Origin: Desulfosoma sp.
GTDB lineage: Bacteria > Desulfobacterota > Syntrophobacteria > Syntrophobacterales > DSM-9756
Direction: 5' to 3'
Assembly (NCBI GenBank): GCA_037481835.1
Contig: JBBFKW010000023.1
Span: 1 to 27,647, forward strand
DNA: 27,647 bases
The position numbers and the translations under genes are program-made. A model generated the notes under the pieces. The model made no database searches. It saw only the letters and a list, made by a program, of their open reading frames with translations, and was not told the origin of the DNA. Below, in pieces: positions 17,752 to 27,170 of this stretch; the stretch's first letter is position 1, and the number at the start of each line of letters is the position of its first letter.

Positions 17752-18558
17752 ATGAGCACACTCAAAAAAGCCTTGGAAAAAGCCAAAAGGGAGCGGCTCC
17801 ACACCCCCGAACCCGCTCCAAATCCCGAGCCCGCCCGCTCTGCCGGACAGTTTGCCTACAGCCGGACCCCGGTGGTCCGCGTCCCTATGGAGCGCCTCCT
17901 CGCGAGCCGGTTGTTTGCCGTTTCTGACGACAACCCCTACGCGGATCGGTTTAAGTTGCTTCGCACGAGGGTCCTGCAAACGACGCGGTTGCGAGGATGG
18001 AACACCATTCAGGTCAGCGGGTTCGGCGCCAACGAAGGCAAAAGTTTGCTTGCCGCCAACTTGGCTGTCGCCTTGGCTCGAGACACCCGCCAGACGACTC
18101 TCCTGGTGGATTTGGATTTTCGCCGGCCGAGCCTTCACGAGCTCTTCTGGTTGGGAGACCGGATCAAGGGGCTGGATTCTTTCTTTAAAGGGGAGAGTGC
18201 CCTCGAAGAACTGTTTATTTCCCCGGGAATCGAAAAACTGACGATCCTTCCCACAGTGCGGCCCATGGCCCGATCGGCGGAAATCATGGGATCCCCGGCC
18301 ATGGAAGCCTTCATTCGGGAAATCAAGCAGCGCTACGACGATCGGACCATCATTTTCGATACGCCCGGCATGTCCGTGTGTCCCGATCCCCTGATTGTCA
18401 GTGAATACATGGATTGCGTTGTCTTGGTGGCGCGGGCGGGAACCACGCGCAAAGACGCCGTCGCCGAAGCCCTTAAGGTCATCCCGCCGGACAAGCTCCT
18501 GGGTATCGTTTTGAACGACACGGCATCGGGGGAGTCAGGACAGTACGGGTACGCTTAA
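17752..18558 (+). CDS. CpsD/CapB-family bacterial tyrosine kinase (stand-alone)
   Basis: FKLLRTR, Walker A ANEGKS, A' LLVDLDFRRP, Walker B IIFDTP, C-terminal GIVLN...QYGY. Confidence 0.87.
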   Translation: MSTLKKALEKAKRERLHTPEPAPNPEPARSAGQFAYSRTPVVRVPMERLLASRLFAVSDDNPYADRFKLLRTRVLQTTRLRGWNTIQVSGFGANEGKSLLAANLAVALARDTRQTTLLVDLDFRRPSLHELFWLGDRIKGLDSFFKGESALEELFISPGIEKLTILPTVRPMARSAEIMGSPAMEAFIREIKQRYDDRTIIFDTPGMSVCPDPLIVSEYMDCVVLVARAGTTRKDAVAEALKVIPPDKLLGIVLNDTASGESGQYGYA

Positions 18559-18561
18559 GGC

Positions 18562-19752
18562 ATGTATACGGATCATTTCGGCCTCAAAACACTCCCTTTC
18601 AGCCTGACCCCCGACCCGGAGTTTCTCTATCTCAGCCGGGTTCACGATCTGGCGCTCACCCACCTGGAGTACGCCCTGGTGCACCGCGCCGGCTTCGTGG
18701 CTCTCACCGGAGAAATCGGCGCCGGCAAAACGACCCTCCTTAAGCACCTCTTGACAAAGCTCCCCGAGGATTTGGATGTGGCCGTGGTGTTCAACACCAA
18801 TCTGGATCCTGTGGGCTTTCTCGAGATGCTCGCCAAGGAGTTCGGCATCGCGGTCTCTTCGTCAAGAAAAAGCGATCTCTTCCAGTCTTTATACCGGCAT
18901 TTCCTGGATCGCTACGCTCAGGGACGCCGCTGTCTCATCGTTGTGGACGAAGCGCAAAACCTCCCCTTGGAAACCCTGGAGGAAGTGCGCATGCTCTCCA
19001 ACCTGGAAGCAGACTCGGACTTCCTCATCCAGATCATCTTGGTGGGACAGCCGGAAATGCGCCGGCGGCTCGCCCGTCCCGAACTGGCGCAGTTGGCCCA
19101 AAGGATCTCGGTCCATTACCATCTTCAGCGCCTCTCGGAAGAAGAAGTGGGCCGATACATCCATCACCGGCTCCGCGTGGCGGGTCATAGCGATCCGCCA
19201 CGCCTCTTCGGGGCCGACGTTCTTAACGTGATCGCCGAGAAAACCGCGGGGGTTCCCCGGTTGATCAACGCGCTCTGCGATGCTTGTCTCACATACGCCT
19301 ATGGTGAAAATCGGGACCGGGTCAGCGCGGACATCGTCCGTCAGGTGCTTGCCGACAGTCCTTTTTTGTGGGAAGAAAGGCCTGAAGGAGAATCCCGGGA
19401 TGAAACCGACATGCCCCCTTCGGAACCCCCTCCCGCCCGTGGGGATATGTCGCTTGAACGGTTCGGCCGGCTTCTCACGGAATGCACCCTGCGCTTGGAT
19501 GCCCTGGAAAGGCGCCTGGCCCTCGTGGAATCCGACGGGCGGGGTGCTTCGATTCAAACCCTTCGGAACATGCTGGCCGAAGAGCGGGAAAGAAACAAAG
19601 AACTGGAAAAAAAACTCCTTCTCTCCCGAACCCTCATCGCGAAACTTCGAAATGAGCAGGTACAAAAAAAAGAACAGGCGGCCCCACCCCCGCCGCCGGA
19701 GCCGCCCCCGAGAAAACCCTTTTGGAGGTCCCTCTTTGAAAAGGACGACTAG
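18562..19752 (+). CDS. ExeA/GspA-like AAA ATPase of exosortase/EPS loci
   Basis: MY..HFGL...PFSLTPDPEFLY, Walker A GEIGAGKT, VVDEAQNL, LVGQPE, GVPRLIN; coiled-coil tail. Confidence 0.88.
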   Translation: MYTDHFGLKTLPFSLTPDPEFLYLSRVHDLALTHLEYALVHRAGFVALTGEIGAGKTTLLKHLLTKLPEDLDVAVVFNTNLDPVGFLEMLAKEFGIAVSSSRKSDLFQSLYRHFLDRYAQGRRCLIVVDEAQNLPLETLEEVRMLSNLEADSDFLIQIILVGQPEMRRRLARPELAQLAQRISVHYHLQRLSEEEVGRYIHHRLRVAGHSDPPRLFGADVLNVIAEKTAGVPRLINALCDACLTYAYGENRDRVSADIVRQVLADSPFLWEERPEGESRDETDMPPSEPPPARGDMSLERFGRLLTECTLRLDALERRLALVESDGRGASIQTLRNMLAEERERNKELEKKLLLSRTLIAKLRNEQVQKKEQAAPPPPPEPPPRKPFWRSLFEKDD

Positions 19753-19759
19753 ACTTTCC

Positions 19760-21958
19760 ATGCAACGCACCACACAAAGGATGGGCGCTTTAGGTCAGCT
19801 CAAGGCCTTGAGTGCCCTGGTCGCCTCTTTTGTCATTCTTTCTCTGTTTTCCGCGTGCTCCAGCCGCGAAGAAAAAATCGCCCAATTCCTGCGAAGCGGC
19901 GATGCGTACATGGAAAAAGGGGATCTAGACCGTGCCGTGATCCAATACAAAAACGCCCTCCAGATCGATCCTCAACATGTGCCGGCCACGTTCGCACTGG
20001 GCCGAGCCTATCTCGCGCAAAAAGAACGAGATCGCGCCTACGGCGCTTTCAAACGCGCTCTCGAGCTGGATCCGGCATTCGATGAAGCCCGGCTGGAAGC
20101 GGCCGCCCTTGCGGCCTTGAGTCCCAGAGCCGAAGAAGCTTTAAAGGACTTGGACCAAATAAAAGACCCCGCACGCTTCGAACCTCGTGTGAGCACCGTG
20201 CGGGCCCAGGCGCTCCTGGCCTTGGGAAGGGCCGAGGAGGCGGCGGCCGTCGCCGAAAAGATCCTTGCGGAAAAGCCTTCGAAAGACTCGGCCGTGGTTC
20301 TCGCCTTCGCTTATGAAAAATTGGGAAAAACAGAACCCTTTCAATCCGCCGTCGGCCAATGGCGGGCCCTGGATCCCCAGGACCCGTATCCGTATATCGT
20401 GGCGGCCCGCTACGCCGCCCGCGCGAACCAGCGCGACGAAGCGCTTCGCCAACTGACCGCCATGGGAGAAGTCCGCGGAAAGGACCCCTCCGTCAGGCTC
20501 CTTCAAGCCAAGACTCTGGAAGAATTCGGCTTCATCGACGAAGCAGGTGCCGCCTTCGACGCCCTGCCCGAAGAACCCGCTTACCAAAAGGAAAAAGCCC
20601 AGTTTCGACTGCGCCACTCCCAGATCGCCGAGGCCCGAAAGATTCTGGAGAACCTGCTCGCCCAAAATCCCAAGGATACCGACGCCGCCATCCTGCTCTC
20701 CCTGTGCCTCTTCTCCCTCAAAGACGTGGAGGGGGCGCTCGCCACTCTTGATGCAGCCTTGCCTCACGCGCAGAGCGCGCAGTCCCGGGAAAACGTCCTC
20801 CTCACCAAAGCGTCCATCCTGATCAGCCAGCAACGCCTCGAGCCGGCCAAAACGATCTGCCAGGAGGTGCTCAAGGAGAACCCATCTTCCGCACAAGCCC
20901 ACTTCCTGCTCGGTAAGAGCCTCCTCAGGGAAAAGAACTTTGAAGCCGCGGAGCTCCATTTGAACCAGGCCGCCACCGCACTGCCCAAAGATCCCGAATC
21001 CCAGCTCCTCCTCGCCCAGGCCCAGCTGGCACTGGGCAAACCAGCCCTGTCCATAGACACCCTGAAGCAGGCTCTGGAGCGTGTGCCGGAATCCACACCC
21101 ATCCGCATGGCCCTGCTCGAACAGCTCGTCAAAGCCCAACGCTTCCCCGAAGCCATCCAAGTTCTGGAAAAGGCTTTGGATCGGGAGCCCGACAATCCCG
21201 TCTGGGTGAGGGCTCGAGGCCAGGTCAAGGCGGCCCTTAAAGATCTCGACGCCGCGGAAGCGGATTTTCAACGCCTTGTCGCCCTGCGCCCCGATTCCCC
21301 CATCGGGTACATGGAATTGGGGCGACTTTACTACGCCCGAAACGACCTCCAAAAAGCCGAAGGGGCTTTCCGCCGGGCCGCCCAAATCGAACCCCGCTGG
21401 CCGGATCCCTACCGGGCCCTGTCTGCCGTCTTAAAGGCTCAAGGGCGAATGGACGAGGCCGTCAAAGAAGCCCAAGCCGCTTACGCCCAAAACCCTACGC
21501 CCGGCCTCGGCATGCACTTGGCGGCCCTCTATGAATACCAAGGCCGCTATGCCAAAGCCGCCGCCGTTTACGAGGATTTCCTGGAAAAATGGGAGGAAAC
21601 CCCGGAAATTTTGAATAACTTGGCCTTTTTGTACACCCATCGCGATTCCCAACCCCAAACCCTTGCCCGAGCGGAGGAGCTCATCCGGCGAGCCCTGGAA
21701 AGCAGCCCCGAAAATCCGGCATTCCTGGACACCATGGCGGTGATCGCCCACAAACAAGGGCGTCTCGATGAGGCTTGGCACATGATCGGGAAAGCTTTGG
21801 AAAAAGACCCCGAGATTGCGGAACACAACCTCCATGCCGCGCAGATCGCTCGGGACCGGGGAGATCCTGTCAAGGCCGCCGAATACGCCCGAAAGGCTTT
21901 GGAAAAAGGTCTTCCGCCCCACTTGGAAGGGGAGGCCCGCCAACTCCTGGCCCGGTAG
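19760..21958 (+). CDS. TPR-repeat lipoprotein (PrsT-like)
   Basis: Lipobox LFSAC, then AVIQYKNALQIDP and many TPR repeats, LNNLAF, FLDT. Start at ATG 19760 or 19781. Confidence 0.82.
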   Translation: MQRTTQRMGALGQLKALSALVASFVILSLFSACSSREEKIAQFLRSGDAYMEKGDLDRAVIQYKNALQIDPQHVPATFALGRAYLAQKERDRAYGAFKRALELDPAFDEARLEAAALAALSPRAEEALKDLDQIKDPARFEPRVSTVRAQALLALGRAEEAAAVAEKILAEKPSKDSAVVLAFAYEKLGKTEPFQSAVGQWRALDPQDPYPYIVAARYAARANQRDEALRQLTAMGEVRGKDPSVRLLQAKTLEEFGFIDEAGAAFDALPEEPAYQKEKAQFRLRHSQIAEARKILENLLAQNPKDTDAAILLSLCLFSLKDVEGALATLDAALPHAQSAQSRENVLLTKASILISQQRLEPAKTICQEVLKENPSSAQAHFLLGKSLLREKNFEAAELHLNQAATALPKDPESQLLLAQAQLALGKPALSIDTLKQALERVPESTPIRMALLEQLVKAQRFPEAIQVLEKALDREPDNPVWVRARGQVKAALKDLDAAEADFQRLVALRPDSPIGYMELGRLYYARNDLQKAEGAFRRAAQIEPRWPDPYRALSAVLKAQGRMDEAVKEAQAAYAQNPTPGLGMHLAALYEYQGRYAKAAAVYEDFLEKWEETPEILNNLAFLYTHRDSQPQTLARAEELIRRALESSPENPAFLDTMAVIAHKQGRLDEAWHMIGKALEKDPEIAEHNLHAAQIARDRGDPVKAAEYARKALEKGLPPHLEGEARQLLAR

Positions 21959-21996
21959 TTTTTCTTTTCCGCAGTCGAAAAGAGTTGCAGACAACC

Positions 21997-22033
21997 ACGA
22001 AGCCGGCCGGCCTGCAGGGCCCGCCGGCTTCGT
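21997..22033. terminator. GC-rich stem-loop after the operon (possible terminator or stability hairpin)
   Basis: ACGAAGCCGGC / GCCGGCTTCGT perfect 11-bp stem plus inner GGCC/GGCC pairing. No clear U tract. Confidence 0.5.
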
Positions 22034-22125
22034 CATGTGAGGGGAAGGAAAAAAGCCTCAAGAAAAACTCGCGCCCTGCCGATCTCTCTACAAGAGGTGA
22101 ATACAATTCCAGGAGGTCGAGTGGC

Positions 22126-22689
22126 ATGTTGTTTCATCGCCGACGCGTTCTTTTCGCCATCGCCTTATGCCTCGCTGTGTCGGCCGAGGGACCCTCCCAG
22201 GGCTTCGCCGATTCCCCCCCGGAAAGCTTTCTCATCGCCGCCGCACCCTCTGGTCCTTCCACCCCCGTGCCGGAGATTCGCCCCCCAATGCTCCCCCCCG
22301 ACGAGACGGCCGCCCACCTGGCCTCCCTCGTTAACGCCGTACGCGCTCGCTACGGGCTGGCACCTCTGAGCGTCTCCGGCCAATTGGGCACGGCTGCGTT
22401 GACCCACTGTGCCGACATGGCGCGAAACGGCTTCGTGAGCCACACCGGATCCGGCGGCACCAGTCCCTGGCACCGCATGGTCCGGCAGGGGTATCCCGTA
22501 CGCCGCTACGGAGAAAACGTCGCCGTCGGCCTCGCCGATCCCGTCCACGTCCTCACAGCCTGGCTGCAGAGTGAATCCCATCGGAAGGTGCTCTTGAGCG
22601 CCCACTTCACGGAAATGGGCATCGGCTACGTCTTCGACCCCCGTAGCCCTCAAAAGCATTACTGGACGCTGGATGTGGCACAGAGATAG
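22126..22689 (+). CDS. Secreted CAP (SCP/Tpx/PR-1) domain protein
   Basis: RBS AGGAGG at 22111; signal peptide and Pro-rich linker; LVNAVR...GLAPL, H..DMA...FVSHTG, GENVA, WLQSESHR, EMGIG, YWT. Confidence 0.87.
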   Translation: MLFHRRRVLFAIALCLAVSAEGPSQGFADSPPESFLIAAAPSGPSTPVPEIRPPMLPPDETAAHLASLVNAVRARYGLAPLSVSGQLGTAALTHCADMARNGFVSHTGSGGTSPWHRMVRQGYPVRRYGENVAVGLADPVHVLTAWLQSESHRKVLLSAHFTEMGIGYVFDPRSPQKHYWTLDVAQR

Positions 22690-22692
22690 GTT

Positions 22693-23700
22693 TTATCGGC
22701 GGCGCCGTGCCAGGATCGCCGTAACGGCAAGACCCGGAGCCAGCAGGAAGGCTGTTCCCGGAAGGGGAATGGGTGCGGGAGACTTTTCCTGCGGAGGAAT
22801 GGGGCCTGAGCCTCCGCCGCCATAGGCGACCGTTGTCGGCACGCCGGAATGGCCCGGGTCCACCATGGCCAAAGCGGGCGGCAGAAGCTGATACACCGGC
22901 GCAACGCTCGCCGGCTTGGATTCCGGAGCCTGGGGAGCGGCCCACGGAGGGGCGACGCCTTCGGCGCCCAGGACGCCCGGAAGGGGATATTCGATGAAGG
23001 TCGTCTGCAGTCCCGCGCGAGGTTCGCACACGACAGCCAAAAGCTCACCGGGCTTGGGGGAATAGTCCTTTCCAAAACGCCGCGCCTCTTCCACCATGGC
23101 GCGGACATCGGGAGTCATCCCCTTCGTCCCACCGTCCGTCAAATGCCAGATCGCCGCTTGCACATCCTTAGGGCTTCCCGATTTGTGATTGATGAGATAA
23201 TGGATCTCGCCCCACGGGTATCGGGCCAGATGCCCCGGGAGCATGGGGTCGGTACTGGAATAGAGCCGCACGGGCGAGACAGCATTTTTGGGGATGTCCC
23301 GGGATCGATCCAAGCACCAGCCGTCGTATGCCGCGTTGTTGACGACGCCCGATCCTTCGGGAACGTCGGAAAAAATCATCTGGAAACGGCTTCTCGGGCC
23401 GGGATAGCGCAGGAACATGGAAACCGGCTTGGAAGGGAGGGATAAGGCCGCCGCGGGGGTTTCGGATTTGGCCATCCACGGGATATCGACCCCCGCCGCA
23501 GGGCTTTCCTGCGGGGACGATTCCAAGCTCACGGCTGTCTCCGGCGGCGGAGTGCCGGCAGCCGTTGCGTGCGAGGGGATGCCCCCACACACAACGGCCG
23601 CGAACGCGATCACATACAGGACCCAAAGCTTACCTGTTGGATCATAGGCCCCCGTTCTTTTTCTTCGCCGGTTGAGTTGCGCAGGTTGCGGGTACCTCAT
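22693..23700 (-). CDS. VPLPA/PEP-CTERM-sorted surface protein with a putative thioester domain
   Basis: Signal peptide; GWCLD, VQAAIWHLTD and LQTTF motifs; Pro/Ala-rich stalk; C-terminus PIPLPGTAFLLAPGLAVTAILARRRR. ATG 23700 has GGAG upstream (ORF track starts at GTG 23709). Confidence 0.75.
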   Translation of the reverse strand: MRYPQPAQLNRRRKRTGAYDPTGKLWVLYVIAFAAVVCGGIPSHATAAGTPPPETAVSLESSPQESPAAGVDIPWMAKSETPAAALSLPSKPVSMFLRYPGPRSRFQMIFSDVPEGSGVVNNAAYDGWCLDRSRDIPKNAVSPVRLYSSTDPMLPGHLARYPWGEIHYLINHKSGSPKDVQAAIWHLTDGGTKGMTPDVRAMVEEARRFGKDYSPKPGELLAVVCEPRAGLQTTFIEYPLPGVLGAEGVAPPWAAPQAPESKPASVAPVYQLLPPALAMVDPGHSGVPTTVAYGGGGSGPIPPQEKSPAPIPLPGTAFLLAPGLAVTAILARRRR

Positions 23701-23793
23701 GGCCGCCACTCCGTATGATCACTGCTCTAGATATCCTGCCCGCCGTACGCTTCATCGGCTTCTCGTCGTGGCTGCGGTTTTAGGTACGCCCGC

Positions 23794-24432
23794 TCAGCTG
23801 CGGCGCCCCTTGCGCCGGATCCCCAGGAGCCCGAGAATCCCAGACCCTAACAACACGGCCGTCCCCGGAATGGGCACACTCACCCAGCCGGAACCTTTCG
23901 TACTGGCAATCCCCTGAACGTGAGCCAATGTTTTGAAATTATTTTCACTAAAAATGCCATCCACACTAACGCCAGAGAGGTAAACAACGACAGAATCTCC
24001 TGCTTGAAGTCTATTTGTATTGTTATTAGCTTCTCCGAAATAAAATCTTATATTGAAATCGCCTGCTTGCCCTCCTATAACGTTCTTAAACTCTCCCGTT
24101 TCATATCCTGCTGTCACGCCACTGGAGCTTACTATAGACACGCCATCTAATCCTTTAATATAGAAATACCATCCGCTGACGCCATTGTCATTGCCTCCAA
24201 CAAACTCACCGGTTGCCAAACCCGGCGCCGTAAGGGTCAGCTTTACGTTACCGTTCCCATCATCCTCAAACGTCGCCACCAGCCAAGGCGCTGAACCTCT
24301 AGGTGCATCTCCTGTAACCACCGCCTGCAAGCCCACCGTGACCGTACTCGCCAAGGCCGCATGCCCTAGGACAAAGGGCACGACAAGCAGGCACCCCGCC
24401 ACCAGAAATTTTTCCCACTCCTTCCGCCTCAT
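23794..24432 (-). CDS. VPLPA/PEP-CTERM-sorted protein
   Basis: Strong RBS AAGGAGGT; signal peptide ending ALA; Gly/Asn/Ser-rich beta domain with AHVQGI..GSGW; C-terminus VPIPGTAVLLGSGILGLLGIRRKGRRS. Confidence 0.88.
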   Translation of the reverse strand: MRRKEWEKFLVAGCLLVVPFVLGHAALASTVTVGLQAVVTGDAPRGSAPWLVATFEDDGNGNVKLTLTAPGLATGEFVGGNDNGVSGWYFYIKGLDGVSIVSSSGVTAGYETGEFKNVIGGQAGDFNIRFYFGEANNNTNRLQAGDSVVVYLSGVSVDGIFSENNFKTLAHVQGIASTKGSGWVSVPIPGTAVLLGSGILGLLGIRRKGRRS

Positions 24433-24618
24433 GGTATACCTCCTTTTTTACATTGCTCTCTGCGCTTGTTCTGTCGAATCTTTTTATTTTTTATATTTTA
24501 GGCATCGCTTCAGAAAAGAGCAAGGCGCTTTTTTGGGCTTTTCGCTGTTTTGTGTGGAAACCTGAAAAAACCGATGCAGCACCGCTGGCTTCGGTGGCCT
24601 CCTTTCGGAAAAGGCTGG

Positions 24619-24691
24619 CATGGGCGGAGGTGATGTCAAGACCAAGCCCTTCGGGTGCTATCGCAGTCTTGACATCACCTCCTTGCCCATG
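24619..24691. repeat. Long Y-shaped palindrome, target of the IS21 insertion
   Basis: Perfect 17-bp stem GGAGGTGATGTCAAGAC (24626-24642) / GTCTTGACATCACCTCC (24666-24682), extended by CATGGGC/GCCCATG. Apex holds CCC-TTC-GGG and TGC-TATC-GCA mini-hairpins. Confidence 0.85.
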
Positions 24692-24814
24692 TGGTTGTGA
24701 TAACCCAAAATTGACCAGGAAAAGGGGCGAGTGATAACCGAAAATTGACCATCCTGGGCGGTAGTCCTCCTGTTAAGTTGGCGAGAACGGGAGCAACAAG
24801 ACGGGAGGAGAAAA

Positions 24815-26313
24815 GTGCTCAAGATGGACCAATACGAGTTGATCAGAACGGGTTATCGGGTCTATGGGAAAAGCATCAGTGAGCCGGCACGTCTGACCGC
24901 CCATTCCCGCAATACGGTGAAGAAGGCGATTCGTGGGGAACCTTGGGGATACAGGGAGCGGCAGCAGCAGCCGTTTCCGGCCCTGGGCAAGTACCTGAAG
25001 ATTATCGACGGATGGTTGGAGAGCGACAAGGACAAGCCTTCCAAGCAGCGCCATACAGCGCGGCGGATCTACAATCGCTTGGTTCATGAACACGGCTTTA
25101 AGGGCAGTGAATCGGCCGTTCGCCGATATGTGAGGCTGGCCAAGATGCAGTTTGGGTTGGGGGGATCCGGTGCCTTCATCCCGTGCGATCCGGAGGCGGG
25201 CTACGAAGGGGAGGTGGATTGGGGCCAAGCGACAGCGCTGATTGCAGGGGAGAGGCAGCGACTGAAGTTTTTCTGCATGCGCAGCACATATTCGGGCAAG
25301 CACTTTGTACGGTTTTATCCCTGCGAACGGCAGCAAGCCTTTTTTGACGCCCATATGCGTGCCTTTGAGTTTTTCGGGGGAGTTTTCCCGGTTCTGATCT
25401 ACGACAACTTGACCACCGCTGTGGGCAAGGTCATGCGAGGCAAGGACCGCCAGGAACAAGAAGACTTTTCCAAGTTCAAGGCCTATTACAGTTTCGAGGC
25501 GAGATTTTGCACTCCGGGCAAGGCCCATGAAAAGGGAGGCGTTGAAGGCCTGGTGGGTCTGGCTCGGCGCAATTCCATGGTGCCGATTCCGGAGGCCGAA
25601 AGCCTCGAGGAGCTCAACGAGAAGATTTTGCAACAGTGCTTGTCCTACGGGAACCACAAGATGGCGGGGCGGGATCGGACGGTGAACGCTTTGTACGAGG
25701 AGGAAAAGAAGCACCTTTTGCCGCTTCCGCGGGAGGGGTTCAGCAACGTGAGGTTTTTGGAGGCGCGTGTCGATAAGTACGCCACGGTGGTTGCGGACAA
25801 GAATCGCTACTCGGTACCCAGTGCTTACGCGGGTTTCAAGGCCAAGGTTCTGCTCTACGTGGATCGGGTGGAGGTTTTCAGTAACGGGAAAAAGCTGGCC
25901 CTTCATGAGCGGATGTACGGCAACAACAAGTGGTGCCTCCAGGCGGATCATTATCTGGAGTTGATCCAGCAGCGGCCGAGGGCCTTCATAGTGCGAGACC
26001 GATTCGCCAATGGCGTGAGAGCCGGCCCCATGGTCTTCATGTCCTTCTGGAGCGGTTTTGCGAGGCCCAGGGGGAGACCAAAGGAATCAAGGATTTCATC
26101 ACGGTGCTCATGCTGTACCGAGAACATCCGGCTGATGAGATGGAAGCGGCCGTGGAGGAGGCCGGCACAAACCGAGTGAGCACGAGCGACGGAGTTCGTC
26201 ATCTTTTGGCGCAAAAGGCCTGCGAGGTTCATAAATCGGAGCCCCTGAGGGCTTGGTCATCGCTTCTACCGGCCGATGTGTCCGTCTACGGGCAGCTGGG
26301 GGGTGCGCTATGA
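24815..26313 (+). pseudogene. istA: IS21 transposase IstA, frameshifted
   Basis: HTH N-terminus, KQRHTARRIY, EVDWG, YDNL, HEKGGVE (DDE). Frame breaks near 25987 (QRPRAF|HSARPIRQW) and continues in the 25930..26313 frame. Confidence 0.88.
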
Positions 26314-27170
26314 GGCCGGCTGCTTTGGTGGAACTGCAGGCCAACCTGAAAGCCTTGAATCTTTCGAGAGTGGCTCGCAACCTGGAAGTTCTCCTTCGTC
26401 AGGCAAAAGAGGCCGGCATCGGCTGCCAAGAGTTTCTTTTGGAGCTGACCCACGCCGAACTCCAGGCGCGCGCGGAAAGTCGTCTCAATCGGCGAATCAA
26501 GGAAGCGAAATTTCCCCTTCTCAAGCCCCTCGAAAGCTTTGATTCCGAGGCCGTACCGGACCTGGACATAAGGCTCTTCCGGGACCTGGTGGAGGGTGAG
26601 TATATCTAACAACGGCGCAACGTCATTTTCCTGGGCCGAAGCGGCACGGGCAAGACCCACATGGCGACGGCCCTGGGGATGGAAGCGTGCCGAAAGAATT
26701 ATCGGACCCGTTTTGTCACCTGCTACGGGTTGGTCAACGAACTGGTGGAGTCCAGAGAGGAAAGGTTGCTCCAGCGGCTCATTCAAAAATACGTTCGTTA
26801 CGACCTGCTGATTCTGGACGAGCTGGGCTACATTCCGTTTTCCAAGGAAGGTTCGGAGTTGCTGTTCCAGGTCTTGGCGGAACGTCACGAGAAGGGGTCG
26901 GTGATCATCACAACGAACCTCGGGGTCGCCGACTGGACCCAGGTCTTTGGGGATCCGACCATGACGGCCGCCCTGTTGGATCGTCTCACCCACAGAGCCC
27001 ACATCATCAACTGCAGTTGGGAGAGCTACCGCCTGAAGCAGAGCCGGAAATCCAAAGGCGGAGCCCGAAACGGTCTGCAGGGAGGCGACAAGGGAAAAAC
27101 GATGCTCCCCAGGCGGAAGATTGCAGATCCTATCCCGGGTCCTGAAGGGGACCAGGGGGAACCCACATGA
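26310..27170 (+). pseudogene. istB: IS21 helper ATPase IstB with premature stop
   Basis: ATGA overlap with istA; in-frame TAA at 26607-26609 just before Walker A GRSGTGKT; LLILDELGY, TTN, LLDRLTH. Confidence 0.9.

Noticed and set aside
19280..19759. Long 5' extensions in the ORF track (19280; also 5230, 6744, 15885, 21775, 2803, 26253)
   Set aside because: They overlap upstream genes; later ATGs fit ATGA coupling, RBS or signal peptides.
22126..22160. Tat signal in the CAP protein (HRRRVLF)
   Set aside because: Weak match to S/T-R-R-x-F-L-K; a Sec signal is equally plausible.
24433..24575. Sigma-54 promoter or PrsR-type TGT-N11-ACA enhancer for the CTERM gene
   Set aside because: No convincing -24/-12 match on the - strand; TGTCGAATCTTTTTATT lacks the ACA half and is too close to the start codon.
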